From Candidatus Uhrbacteria bacterium (GTDB taxonomy: Bacteria; Patescibacteriota; Patescibacteriia; JACQRZ01): a stretch of DNA of 57,322 nucleotides. The stretch's first letter is position 1; every line of letters starts with the position of its first letter. A model generated the notes under the pieces. It ran no database searches and was not told the DNA's origin. It saw only the letters and a list, made by a program, of their open reading frames with translations. Position numbers and translations under genes: made by a program. The stretch lies in assembly GCA_016186045.1 (NCBI GenBank), contig JACPMJ010000007.1, positions 1 through 57,322 of the forward strand, read 5' to 3'. Positions 38,052-47,768 of the stretch are shown here, piece by piece.

Positions 38052-39254
38052 CTACGCATGCCTCCTTCCATTCAGCACAAAATACAGCGCGGTAAAGATG
38101 CCACCAAGGAAAAACGCAAAGTCCCAGCGGCCGGGAAAAAAATAAAACACCAACACACATAATCCCGCGGCAAGAATCTTTCCCACCGTGAGACTCATTT
38201 CAAAAAAAATCACCGTACGAACGATGGAGTGGCGCGTGGCATAGTCATACAGTCCGCTAAACAGTGGAACTGTGAGTATGTTTTTTGAAGTCCGCGAGAA
38301 AAAATCCACCAGAAATACACTCGCGCCTCCGCGCGCAAAAAACCGCATCATCCACCCAAGCGCATAGAGCGCGGTACCTGCCTGAAGCACGCTTTTTCTA
38401 TCTTTGAGGTCTGCCATACGCCCGGCATACAGCGTCACCAATGCCGTGACGAGCGAAGACAGCGCCACAATGCCGCCCGCCTGCACAATATTTCCTACCG
38501 CGACATAGATGAAAATAGGCCAGACAGTAAGCACGATCAGCTCCTCGCCAAACCCAAGGTATCCCACAAAATACCTGCGATTTTCTTTTGCGATGAGAGA
38601 CTGGTATGCCTCGCGGTATTGGAATTGCGACGGAGTAAACTCCTCCCGAGAAAGCAAGAGTGGCAAAGTGGATAACAAAATGGTCACACACATGAATATA
38701 AACAGCGTCGGAAACCCGAAAAAATTCACGATAATACCCCCAATAAGCGGGCCGAAAATAAATGCGGCAGAGTCAAAAACAGTCAAAATACCAATATCCC
38801 TTCCCCGTTCGCCGTATTGGCTGAAAAACGCGAAATCCGCATGGTACCCGGGCCAAAAAAACGTCTTTTGAAACGCGAGCGCGATGATGGAAAGATAAAA
38901 AAACACCGGATGTGACGGAATGGCAATGAGAAAAATAAGGTAGAGTATGAGGATAAGGGATCCGATAATCATGCTGTGGCTAAACCCTTTTTGTTTTGCG
39001 ACTTTTCCACCCAATGGCATGATAAAAAAATACAGCACATATACTGCAAAATAAAAAAACATGATCTTGTGCAGCGGAAAACCTATCGTATACAGATACA
39101 CCGGCTCAAAAAGCATCGCCGCCGCGAGCGCAAAATTTAATATGGTTATGGAAAGATAAAATTCTTTGAGCTTGTGCGGAACACGAGATGGAAAAAAGCT
39201 CCGCTCAAAGCAAAGAAGTGAGGAGACGAGTCGTTTGAGATCGGTATGAAGCAT
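38052..39254 (-). CDS. MFS transporter
   Basis: About 12 hydrophobic helices; G..AD..DRK loop motif. Confidence 0.8.
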   Translation of the reverse strand: MLHTDLKRLVSSLLCFERSFFPSRVPHKLKEFYLSITILNFALAAAMLFEPVYLYTIGFPLHKIMFFYFAVYVLYFFIMPLGGKVAKQKGFSHSMIIGSLILILYLIFLIAIPSHPVFFYLSIIALAFQKTFFWPGYHADFAFFSQYGERGRDIGILTVFDSAAFIFGPLIGGIIVNFFGFPTLFIFMCVTILLSTLPLLLSREEFTPSQFQYREAYQSLIAKENRRYFVGYLGFGEELIVLTVWPIFIYVAVGNIVQAGGIVALSSLVTALVTLYAGRMADLKDRKSVLQAGTALYALGWMMRFFARGGASVFLVDFFSRTSKNILTVPLFSGLYDYATRHSIVRTVIFFEMSLTVGKILAAGLCVLVFYFFPGRWDFAFFLGGIFTALYFVLNGRRHA

Positions 39255-39390
39255 AGTCAGTACTCAGTACTGAGTACTTGGTTGTTAGTACTCGATAATA
39301 ATAAAGATTATTTTTGACGCAACGTAATGATGTGATACTCTACTATTATAACATACGCAACAACTGAGAACTAAGTACTGAGTACTCTAT

Positions 39391-40764
39391 ATGTCCATCT
39401 TCAAAGCATACGACATCCGCGGAACGGTGCCGAATGAAATAAACGAAACCGTTGCGGAGCGTTTTGGAAAAGCATACGCGGAATTTCTCATAGCAAAAAA
39501 TAGTGACGCAAAAAAACCGCTCTCCATCGCCGTTGGTATGGATAACCGCATATCCTCTCCCGCGCTTCATGCACAAGTCATCCGCGCCATGCGTGAAAGC
39601 GACATCAATGTCGTGGATATCGGGCTTTGCTCCACGCCATTTTATTATTTCGCCGTTTCATATCTGGGACTTGATGGCGGCATTATGGTAACCGCATCGC
39701 ATAATCCGCCTCAATATAATGGGTTCAAGCCGGTACTTGCTCGTGCGGCTCCATTAGGAAGCGAGTCCGGGCTGAAAGATATAGAGGCGATGTATGAAAA
39801 AATACCTGTCATTCCCGACCTGATCAGAAATCCAGTATTAGGCACCCTCTCCTCGCGCGACATATTAGGCGAATATATTGACGCGAATCTTGCCTTTGCT
39901 CCGCCTGCGGATATGCAGGACCTCACGGTGACAGTGGATGTGGGAAACGGCGTCTCTTCACTCATGTGCGCAGCGCTGTTTGACCGGCTCTCCTGCAAAC
40001 TCATTCCTTTATATTTTGAATTGGACGGAACGTTTCCAAATCACATGCCAAATCCGCTTATTGAGGAAAATATCAAGACGTTGAAAAAAACAGTGCGAGA
40101 AAAACACGCGAGTCTTGGCATCGCGTTTGACGCGGATGGCGACCGCTCCATATTTGTGGATGAGCGCGGAGAAACAATACCGGCCGATCTGATGACCGCG
40201 TTGGTTGGGCGCGAACTTCTCGCCCTCTATCCGCATGAACATATTCTCTATGACCTCCGCTCAAGCTGGGCGGTGAAAGAAGCCATCGCGGCCGCAGGCG
40301 GCACACCATCCATCTGTCGCGTGGGACATGCATTTATCAAAAAGCAAATGATGGATGAACACGCGCTCTTTGCCGGCGAGGTATCCGGACATTTTTATCT
40401 GCGGTTTGCTAATTTTGGATATTTTGAGGCGCCGCTCGTAGTCACGCTTCTTGTGCTCAATCTTATGGCACGCACAGGAAAGCCACTCTCAGAACTTGTT
40501 CAACCATTGAGGACGTATTTTTCAACGGGAGAGATAAATTTTGAAGTTGCAGATAAGGCGGTGATACTGAAAACCATAGAGACACGCTACGCGGATGCAA
40601 AGAGTATCGCGCATCTTGATGGCGTGAGTATTGAATACGATGACTGGTGGTGCAACGTCCGCGCCTCAAACACTGAAAATCTTTTACGCTTGAATCTGGA
40701 GGCAAAGACGGAAAATTTGCGCGATGAAAAACTCGCGGAGGTACAAAATATAATCCAAAAATAA
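39391..40764 (+). CDS. manB: Phosphomannomutase/phosphoglucomutase
   Basis: FKAYDIRG, TASHNP, DADGDR, GEVSGH, VRASNTE. Confidence 0.9.
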   Translation: MSIFKAYDIRGTVPNEINETVAERFGKAYAEFLIAKNSDAKKPLSIAVGMDNRISSPALHAQVIRAMRESDINVVDIGLCSTPFYYFAVSYLGLDGGIMVTASHNPPQYNGFKPVLARAAPLGSESGLKDIEAMYEKIPVIPDLIRNPVLGTLSSRDILGEYIDANLAFAPPADMQDLTVTVDVGNGVSSLMCAALFDRLSCKLIPLYFELDGTFPNHMPNPLIEENIKTLKKTVREKHASLGIAFDADGDRSIFVDERGETIPADLMTALVGRELLALYPHEHILYDLRSSWAVKEAIAAAGGTPSICRVGHAFIKKQMMDEHALFAGEVSGHFYLRFANFGYFEAPLVVTLLVLNLMARTGKPLSELVQPLRTYFSTGEINFEVADKAVILKTIETRYADAKSIAHLDGVSIEYDDWWCNVRASNTENLLRLNLEAKTENLRDEKLAEVQNIIQK

Positions 40765-40767
40765 TCT

Positions 40768-41586
40768 ATGAACATCGGTATTTTTGACTCGGGATTCGGC
40801 GGACTCACCATACTCAAAGCAATTTCAAAACTTCTTCCGCACTATTCCTACATCTATCTGGGAGATAACGCCCGCTCTCCCTACGGCGACCGCTCTGCGG
40901 ACCGCATCTATGAATTCACGCGCCAAGGCGTGGAATTTCTTTTCAAAAAAGATTGCAAGCTTGTCATCTTGGCATGCAATACCGCCTCCGCGCTCGCGCT
41001 CCGAAAACTTCAACAGGAGTGGCTTATCAAAAATTATCCTGACCGGCGAATTCTTGGCATTATCATCCCTGTAGTAGAAGCGCTCGCGCCGATACAGACA
41101 AAAAAACAAAAACGCGTAGGTGTCATAGGAACGCGCGCCACTATTCTTTCCAATGCGTATAAAAAAGAAAGTGAGAAACGCGGCGGCGCACTCCATGAGC
41201 TCATCCAACAGGCGTGTCCGTTACTCGTGCCACTCATTGAAGAGGGATGGCACAAGACTCCTCCTGCTGCGATGATCATAAAAAAATACATCCGCCCGCT
41301 CAAACTCAAACAGGTGAATGTACTTGTGCTCGGATGCACGCACTATCCGCTGATAAAGGAAAAAATCCAGAGTGTTATAGGAAAAAATGTGCGGCTTATC
41401 GATCCGGGGAGCGTGGTGGCGCACTCGCTCAAATCGTATCTTTCACGACACGCGGAGATTGAGTCTGCACTTACGAAAAATTCTCACCTTGCATTTTTCA
41501 CTACGGACGCATCAGAGCGCGTCGCCTCCCTCGCCTCGCGATTTTGGGGATCGCATATCTCGTTTGAGCTTGCGAAAGTGGAGTAA
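40768..41586 (+). CDS. murI: Glutamate racemase
   Basis: FDSGFGG, ACNTAS, LGCTHYP. Confidence 0.95.
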   Translation: MNIGIFDSGFGGLTILKAISKLLPHYSYIYLGDNARSPYGDRSADRIYEFTRQGVEFLFKKDCKLVILACNTASALALRKLQQEWLIKNYPDRRILGIIIPVVEALAPIQTKKQKRVGVIGTRATILSNAYKKESEKRGGALHELIQQACPLLVPLIEEGWHKTPPAAMIIKKYIRPLKLKQVNVLVLGCTHYPLIKEKIQSVIGKNVRLIDPGSVVAHSLKSYLSRHAEIESALTKNSHLAFFTTDASERVASLASRFWGSHISFELAKVE

Positions 41587-41587
41587 T

Positions 41588-41620
41588 AAAAAAAGAGCGC
41601 ATATACACGCTCTTTTTTTA
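41588..41620. terminator. Bidirectional intrinsic terminator between murI and trpS
   Basis: aaaaaagagcg-loop-cgctctttttt. Confidence 0.75.
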
Positions 41621-42613
41621 TTACTTACTATCTCCCCTCCCCAACCCAACCGCATCTCGCACCTCTGCAAAGGTTTTACTCGCGATCTTTTTTGCCCGCT
41701 TCGCGCCGTCATCCAAAATACTATTTAACAGCTTCTCATCACTGCGAAACTTTTTGTATTTTTTTTGAAACGTCCCAAGAAATTCACAGATCGCGTCCGC
41801 CAAACCTTCTTTGAATTCTTTATACCCCTTCCCCTCATATTTTTTTTCAATATCAGAAATAGGCGTATCCGTAAGCGCGGAATAGATCGTGATAAGATTT
41901 GAGACCGCCGGCTTTTTTTCGCCGAAAATAATCTCCCGCCCGGAGTCTGTCACCGCGTGTTTTATCTTATCTCGCGCCTCATCAATCGTATCCGTAAGAA
42001 GAATATAGTTATATGCGCTGGACGCGGTCTTTGCCATTTTCTTTGTCGGATCATCGAGTCCCATGATGCGAGCGCCAAACTTGTGCAGTACGCCTTCGGG
42101 TATCGGAAACACCTCTCCAAATTGCGCGTTGAATCTGCGCGCAAGTTCGCGAGTAATTTCCATATGTTGCATCTGATCATGGCCAATCGGAACATGCGTC
42201 GCTTTATAGAGTAAAATATCCGCCGCCATCAACACGGGATAATCAAAAAGCGCCGCATTGATATTTTTCGCATCCTCTTTACTCTTTTCCTTGAACTGAT
42301 GCATGAGCTTGAGCTCTGATACCTTCGCAAGAGAATTCAATATCCATGTGAGCTGTGTATGCTCAGCCACCTCGGACTGCACAAAAAGAATATGCCTTTC
42401 AAAATCCACGCCTGCCGCAAGATACGTCGCCGCGACATCAAGCGTCAGCGTACGCAGTTTTGCCGGAACATGACGCACCGTGATTGCATGTAAATCCACA
42501 ATACAAAATACGCATGGATACTCTTTTTGCAAAGAGATCCACTGTTTGATGGAGCCGATATAGTTCCCAATGTGTAGCGTGCCCGTGGGCTGTACGCCGG
42601 AAAAAACAAGCAT
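41621..42613 (-). CDS. trpS: Tryptophanyl-tRNA synthetase
   Basis: SGVQPTG.LHIGNY, YPVLMAADILLY, and KMAKT (KMSKS variant). Confidence 0.95.
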   Translation of the reverse strand: MLVFSGVQPTGTLHIGNYIGSIKQWISLQKEYPCVFCIVDLHAITVRHVPAKLRTLTLDVAATYLAAGVDFERHILFVQSEVAEHTQLTWILNSLAKVSELKLMHQFKEKSKEDAKNINAALFDYPVLMAADILLYKATHVPIGHDQMQHMEITRELARRFNAQFGEVFPIPEGVLHKFGARIMGLDDPTKKMAKTASSAYNYILLTDTIDEARDKIKHAVTDSGREIIFGEKKPAVSNLITIYSALTDTPISDIEKKYEGKGYKEFKEGLADAICEFLGTFQKKYKKFRSDEKLLNSILDDGAKRAKKIASKTFAEVRDAVGLGRGDSK

Positions 42614-42618
42614 AAAAA

Positions 42619-43128
42619 TTACCGAATAGCCGCATGGTGCTCAAGTATCTCAATTCTCTGTTCAAGACGATCATATTTCCCCCTTAACGCCACAAGCTCT
42701 GTGTCAAGGTTTTCATGAAGTTTTATAAACCCATCCATATGCGTTGCGAGTCTGTTCTCTGTTTCGCGAAGCTCATCTTTTGTCGCCATCTGCTCACGCA
42801 TATACTGCTTCATTCCCACTACTTCTGCCACTAACCGATCTTGCGTCTCCTCAAAACGATTTTGCTTCGCATCCATGCCACCTATCTTCGCATCCATGCC
42901 ACCTATCTTCGCATCCATGCCACCTATCTTCGCATCCATGCTGGCAATTTTTTCTGCAAGCAAATCTTGTGTTTCTTCAAAACTGTTTTGCCGCGCACTG
43001 AAACCACCTATCTTCGCATCCATATCAGCAACCCTCACCACTAACCGATCTTGCGTTTCTTCAAAACTGTTTTGCTTCGCCTCAATACTGTCAAGTTTCG
43101 CTACTATTTTTTCTAATATTTTTTCCAT
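42619..43128 (-). CDS. Coiled-coil protein with MDAKIGG tandem repeats
   Basis: 21-bp tandem repeat at 42865-42941; repeated (S/R)FEETQD.L units. Confidence 0.7.
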   Translation of the reverse strand: MEKILEKIVAKLDSIEAKQNSFEETQDRLVVRVADMDAKIGGFSARQNSFEETQDLLAEKIASMDAKIGGMDAKIGGMDAKIGGMDAKQNRFEETQDRLVAEVVGMKQYMREQMATKDELRETENRLATHMDGFIKLHENLDTELVALRGKYDRLEQRIEILEHHAAIR

Positions 43129-43192
43129 ACAATACTTATTATGCTGTATAGTTCTATTGTACGTTACCTATTATGCGCGTCAACTCGCCTTC

Positions 43193-45085
43193 CTACACCC
43201 GTATAATCACAGGAAGTACCATAGGACGCTTTTCTGTCTTGTGAAACAGGAACTGTCCCACGTCATCCCGTATCTTATTGCGCACCGGCACCCAATTCGC
43301 GATGTCTGCCACGTTATTTTCCGATATCAACTTGCGTATCAGCATACGCACGTCATTCATGAGCCGTTCCGCTCCCTTGATGTAAATAAAACCGCGGGAG
43401 ATGATGTCCGGCGACGCGGCAAGCACGCCCTCCTTGTCTATGGTCGCGATAATCACCATCATGCCGTCTTCTGCCAATACCTGCCTGTCCCGCAAAACGA
43501 CACTTCCCACATCTCCCACGCCAAGACCGTCCACCATCACATAATCGCAGTCAAGTTTCACGGGAAGAAGCCTGCCTTGACCCGCATGATTAAATTCCAT
43601 GACCTGTCCATTGTCCAATACGAATACATTTTTTTCATCCCATCCCATCTGATATGCGATCTCCGCGTGATGCACCAGCATGAACCGTTCACCGTGGATG
43701 GGTAAAAAATATTTTGGCCGCACCAATCCAAGCATGAGTTTCATCTCCTCTCGGTATGCATGGCCTGATGTATGCACGTCAAACATTTTGTTGTAAATCA
43801 CATTCGCGCCAAGGCTGTATAAATTATTCATAAGATTCATCACCGCGCGCTCGTTGCCCGGAATAGGCGACGAAGACAAAATCACCGTATCGCCTTTTTG
43901 AATTTTTACATGGCGATGCTCTCCGCGCGACATGCGGCCCAATGCGGACGTCTCCTGTCCCTGGCTTCCCGTGGAGACGATCACAAGCCGATTGTCCGGA
44001 TAATTTCGTATCTGATCGATCTTAACCACTACGCCGCGCGGCACCTTGAGATTCCCAAACTCCACCGCCGTGGCAAGCGTCTTTTCCATGCTCATGCCGG
44101 AAATCGCTACTTTGCGGTTCAAAGCAGACGCGGCATTGATGATCTGCTGGACGCGGCTTACCAATGACGCAAATGTCGCCACGATGATTCTACCTTCCGC
44201 TTTCCTGAAAAGCTGTTCTAAATTGTTTTCTATCTCTTTTTCAGACTGGCAAAATCCCGGCCGCTCCGAATTGGTGCTGTCCGAGCACAAAAGAAGCACA
44301 CCTTCGCCGCCAAATTTTGCAAGTTTCCAAAACTCCGTAGGTAACTGGTCCTGCGGCGTGTGGTCAAATTTCCAATCGCCGGTATGCACCACGGTTCCCA
44401 CTGGCGTGTGCACCGCAATGCCTACGCTATCCGGAATATTATGATTCACGCGAAAGAACGACACCTTAAACACGCCCATCTGAAGAATATCTTCAGGATT
44501 GATAACTGTAAGATTGGTATGGCGCACCAGATTGAACTCCTCCAAGCGGTCGCGAATCATGCCAATGGTCAGCTGTGTTGCATAGATCGTGGGAAATCCC
44601 AGATCTTTCACGTAATACGGAATTGCTCCGGTATGGTCAAGATGGCCATGCGTGATAAACACTCCGCGGAGCTTATGACGATTCTGTTTGACATAATCAA
44701 TTTTGGGAAGCACAAAATCAATGCCCGGCATTCCCTGAATGGGGAACATGAGTCCCATGTCGATGATAATCATATCCTTGCCGTATTCCAAAAGCATCAT
44801 GTTCCGTCCAAACTCGCTCAAGCCACCCAAAGGAATAACTTTCAGTTTTTCTCCTGTGCCAAATACATGCGATACCTGTGGCGCGTGATATACACGCTCT
44901 GCAGGAGGCATGGGATGCCGTGTGCCATGATGTCGTCTCACACCTCTGCGCTGACGGCCCTTACCGCCGCCCTTTGAGGGAAGTGGATGATGCGCAAGAG
45001 GCCCTTGCGCGCCTGATTTCATTTCCATACTAATATCACTTCTATTAAGAATAAGCTGCGCAGAAGCATGCGATGCGTTCTGCAT
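43193..45085 (-). CDS. rnj: Ribonuclease J
   Basis: PLGGL.E.G.NM, THGHLDH, HTGDWKFD, HTSGH, PIHGE. Basic N-terminal extension. Confidence 0.93.
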   Translation of the reverse strand: MQNASHASAQLILNRSDISMEMKSGAQGPLAHHPLPSKGGGKGRQRRGVRRHHGTRHPMPPAERVYHAPQVSHVFGTGEKLKVIPLGGLSEFGRNMMLLEYGKDMIIIDMGLMFPIQGMPGIDFVLPKIDYVKQNRHKLRGVFITHGHLDHTGAIPYYVKDLGFPTIYATQLTIGMIRDRLEEFNLVRHTNLTVINPEDILQMGVFKVSFFRVNHNIPDSVGIAVHTPVGTVVHTGDWKFDHTPQDQLPTEFWKLAKFGGEGVLLLCSDSTNSERPGFCQSEKEIENNLEQLFRKAEGRIIVATFASLVSRVQQIINAASALNRKVAISGMSMEKTLATAVEFGNLKVPRGVVVKIDQIRNYPDNRLVIVSTGSQGQETSALGRMSRGEHRHVKIQKGDTVILSSSPIPGNERAVMNLMNNLYSLGANVIYNKMFDVHTSGHAYREEMKLMLGLVRPKYFLPIHGERFMLVHHAEIAYQMGWDEKNVFVLDNGQVMEFNHAGQGRLLPVKLDCDYVMVDGLGVGDVGSVVLRDRQVLAEDGMMVIIATIDKEGVLAASPDIISRGFIYIKGAERLMNDVRMLIRKLISENNVADIANWVPVRNKIRDDVGQFLFHKTEKRPMVLPVIIRV

Positions 45086-45216
45086 TTTTTTATAAATGTA
45101 AATATACAGTCATTTGCCCCTCGTCCTCCCTTAATTTAAAGACGAGTCCTTACAATATGCTAAAAATGCTTTTTGTAGATATTCTAAAGACATAAGGCAG
45201 ATTCAGAATCAAATTA

Positions 45217-45340
45217 AAGGAGGACGAGAGGATTCGAACCTCCATGGCCTTGCGGCCGATAGCTCCTTCATCCTCCCATATTTGCCGCGAGTGGGAGTCG
45301 AACCCACACATCCTTACGGATACATGGCCCTGAACCCATG
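45217..45340 (-). pseudogene. Two tRNA 3'-half remnants downstream of tRNA-Leu
   Basis: Minus strand reads catgggttcagggccatg-tatccgtaaggatg-tgtgggttcgactcccac-tcgcggca, then ggccgcaaggcc-atggaggttcgaatcctc-tcgtcctcc. Confidence 0.65.
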
Positions 45341-45354
45341 CCCCTCCTTATCAA

Positions 45355-45438
45355 TGCCCCTAAGAGGATTCGAACCTCTAAGGGATTTCTCCCACATGGT
45401 TCTGAACCATGCGCGTATGCCAATTCCGCCATAGGGGC
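45355..45438 (-). tRNA. tRNA-Leu (anticodon CAG)
   Basis: GCCCCTA acceptor stem, CATGG-TTCAGAA-CCATG anticodon arm, variable arm, GTTCGAATC T-loop. Confidence 0.92.
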
Positions 45439-45540
45439 ATTGATAAGGAGGGCAAGTTTCCGCCATAGGGGCATTGATAAGGAGGGCAAGTTTCCGCCAT
45501 AGGGGCATTGATAAGGAGGGCAAGTTTCCGCCATAGGGGC
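45424..45540. repeat. 34-bp tandem repeat (3 full copies plus 1 partial) containing the tRNA-Leu 5' end
   Basis: ttccgccataggggcattgataaggagggcaagt at 45424, 45458 and 45492; partial copy at 45526. Confidence 0.9.
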
Positions 45541-45566
45541 GCGAATACAGTTCTCGGTACTGTGTA

Positions 45567-47369
45567 CTATCTTTTCCACTGCCGTTTTGTCTTGATATGC
45601 CACGCGGAAATATCCGCAAACCGATCTGAAGGATACACGATTTGTTTTTTATCTGCCACGCCTTTCATATCTTTTGTCATCACATAATTATATGAAGGGC
45701 TTACCAAGAAAATTGCCGGTACTTCTTCCACAATGATAGCGCTGAATTTTGTATATCGCTCCGCGCGCTTTTCCGGATCAGCCAGTGTTCGGCCTTCTTC
45801 CAAAAGCGTATCCGCGTCAGCGTTTGAAAATAATGAAAGATTCAGTCCCGGCGCCCTGCTTTGCGACGAGTGCCAATACGGATATACGTCCGGATCGGAT
45901 CCAATGATGGCGCCATACAAAAACGCCTGGTAATTCCGCGGATTAATGACATCTTCCTTAATGCGTGACGAATCTATGGATTGAATCTCTGATGTTACGC
46001 CAACCCCTTTCCAGCTCTCTTGGATGCTCTGTGCCATGGCGATGCTTTCCGTCTTATTGACAGTGGTCATGACGATATGCAACTCGCGCTTTGTGTCGGT
46101 ACCTGCTTTTTCCGCACGCATCATGACGCCACGCTCATCCTCCTGCCAACCCTCTGCATGAAGTAATTCCTTTGCTTTCAAAATATCATACGGATATGTT
46201 TTCCCGTGTTCATCGTATCCAAGGAATCCGGGTAAAATTGGCGAATGGACCACGGTTCCCTCTCCTGCAAGAATATTGGAAACGATCTTTTCCTTGTCAA
46301 TGCCATATGCAAGCGCCTGCCGAACCGCCTTTGCGGAAAAATCTTTGTTTTGCGCCTGGTTCAAAAAAAGCGCGGTATATTGCGGAAGGCTAAACGTATA
46401 ATACCGCAATCCCTTGTCTTGGAGAAGTCTCGTGCGCAATTCATGCGGAAGAAAACTGATGCCATCAACATTTCGATTTTTCAATGCTTGTATGGCAGAC
46501 TCCCCATCCGGGTATAATTTGAATATGAGAGTATGAAGATACGGCTTTCGTCCATAATAATCGTCATTCCGCGCAAGCGTATACGAATGGATCGTCCCAT
46601 CGCTGTCTTTTTTCAATGATTTGAATTTCCATGCGCCAGTCCCAATGGGCCGTAAATTCAGCGCCGCAAGAGAGACTCCCTCCGGTGAAATCTGCTCCCA
46701 CAAGTGTTTCGGGATGATCTGTGTTGTCATAAGATCAATAAACGGAGCAAACGGCTTTTTGATGCCAAACTGGACGGTATCATCATCTTTTTTCTGGACA
46801 TACACGTCTTTGAAACTTGTCGCAAGCGGGCTCTTGATATTTGCATTTTGAATCTGGGTAATGGTGAAAAGAACATCGTCCGCAGTGAATGGCTCACCAT
46901 CATGCCAACGTATATTTTTTCTGAGATAGAATGTGTACGTCAGTCCGTCGGAACTCAATTCATAGCGCTCCGCAAGGTCCGGCACAATGGCGCGGTTCAC
47001 ATCATAGTGCATGAGGCCGGAAAAAATCAGTTTGGAAAGGTCGCGGTCAACGTCATTGTTTTGAAAAAGCACCGGATTGACATACTGTGGCGAACCAATG
47101 AGACTCTCGGTGTATTTTCCTCCCTGCCGGGGAATGCTTTCAGTATTCCACAGGTATAAACGAAATGAAAGGAACGCAACGTTTATGAGAAGCACCAAAA
47201 AAAGAATTTTCACGATGCGATATTCCACCTGTGACAAAATACGCGGAAGATATTTCAGCTGCGCGATGCGGGGCAGATGAAATGTTGAAAGCGATGCTAC
47301 GATTTTTTTATCCAATGCCGCGTGTGACTGATTATTTTTTTTCCAAAATGAAAAGGGAAACTGCTTCAT
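45567..47369 (-). CDS. ABC transporter peptide-binding protein (OppA/DppA, family 5)
   Basis: PDLAE.Y..S.DG.TYTF.LR...WHDGEPFTADDV.FT, PIGTG.WKF, VRQAL..GIDK. Confidence 0.9.
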   Translation of the reverse strand: MKQFPFSFWKKNNQSHAALDKKIVASLSTFHLPRIAQLKYLPRILSQVEYRIVKILFLVLLINVAFLSFRLYLWNTESIPRQGGKYTESLIGSPQYVNPVLFQNNDVDRDLSKLIFSGLMHYDVNRAIVPDLAERYELSSDGLTYTFYLRKNIRWHDGEPFTADDVLFTITQIQNANIKSPLATSFKDVYVQKKDDDTVQFGIKKPFAPFIDLMTTQIIPKHLWEQISPEGVSLAALNLRPIGTGAWKFKSLKKDSDGTIHSYTLARNDDYYGRKPYLHTLIFKLYPDGESAIQALKNRNVDGISFLPHELRTRLLQDKGLRYYTFSLPQYTALFLNQAQNKDFSAKAVRQALAYGIDKEKIVSNILAGEGTVVHSPILPGFLGYDEHGKTYPYDILKAKELLHAEGWQEDERGVMMRAEKAGTDTKRELHIVMTTVNKTESIAMAQSIQESWKGVGVTSEIQSIDSSRIKEDVINPRNYQAFLYGAIIGSDPDVYPYWHSSQSRAPGLNLSLFSNADADTLLEEGRTLADPEKRAERYTKFSAIIVEEVPAIFLVSPSYNYVMTKDMKGVADKKQIVYPSDRFADISAWHIKTKRQWKR

Positions 47370-47405
47370 AATTCAAAAACGAGCGCTATCAAAAAATTTG
47401 AAAAT

Positions 47406-47434
47406 TGTCATCCCCGACCAGATCGGGGATCCAG
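47406..47434. repeat. Simple REP-like palindrome
   Basis: tgtcatccccgaccagatcggggatccag. Confidence 0.75.
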
Positions 47435-47443
47435 TCAAAAAAC

Positions 47444-47662
47444 TTACGGGAAAAAAAGTCGTGCAAGCGAAGAAGAGAGAAAGAGAATCGCAAAAAGAAT
47501 AGTCATGACAAAGAGGGCTTTTTCAACGCCGCGCTTTGCGCGATAAATGTTGCCTTCACCGCCGAAAAGTGAAGAAACACCAGCCCCTCTGCTTTGCATA
47601 AGGATCGTGACAATAAGCAATGCCGCTGATGCCCCCTGAATGATTGTAAGCGCGAGTTTCAT
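47444..47662 (-). CDS. secG: Preprotein translocase subunit SecG
   Basis: ILMQSRGAG..LFGG......RG.EK.L...T, two TM helices. Confidence 0.88.
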   Translation of the reverse strand: MKLALTIIQGASAALLIVTILMQSRGAGVSSLFGGEGNIYRAKRGVEKALFVMTILFAILFLSSSLARLFFP

Positions 47663-47768
47663 ATCTCTTAAGTATACCAGAATGGCGCACCGTGTCAATA
47701 CGTTGCACGGTACTATAAAAAAAGCGCCTTTCTGTCTGCCAGAAAAACGCTTTGAGATTAAGAAAAAC

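Noticed and set aside
2260-44977. Long alternative-frame ORFs (e.g. 2260-2985, 11775-12416, 42875-43705, 44360-44977)
   Set aside because: Shadow ORFs overlapping well-supported genes, with no recognisable motifs.
45424-45540. 34-bp repeats as a CRISPR array
   Set aside because: The units are contiguous and identical with no unique spacers, derive from the tRNA 5' end, and no cas genes are present.
45268-45619. ORFs 45268-45603 and 45314-45619
   Set aside because: By-products of the tRNA and its tandem repeats.
47717-47753. Eighth copy of repeat A
   Set aside because: It shares the words tttctgtctg and cagaaaaacgct but in swapped order. It is better explained as an independent terminator for the TPR-like gene.
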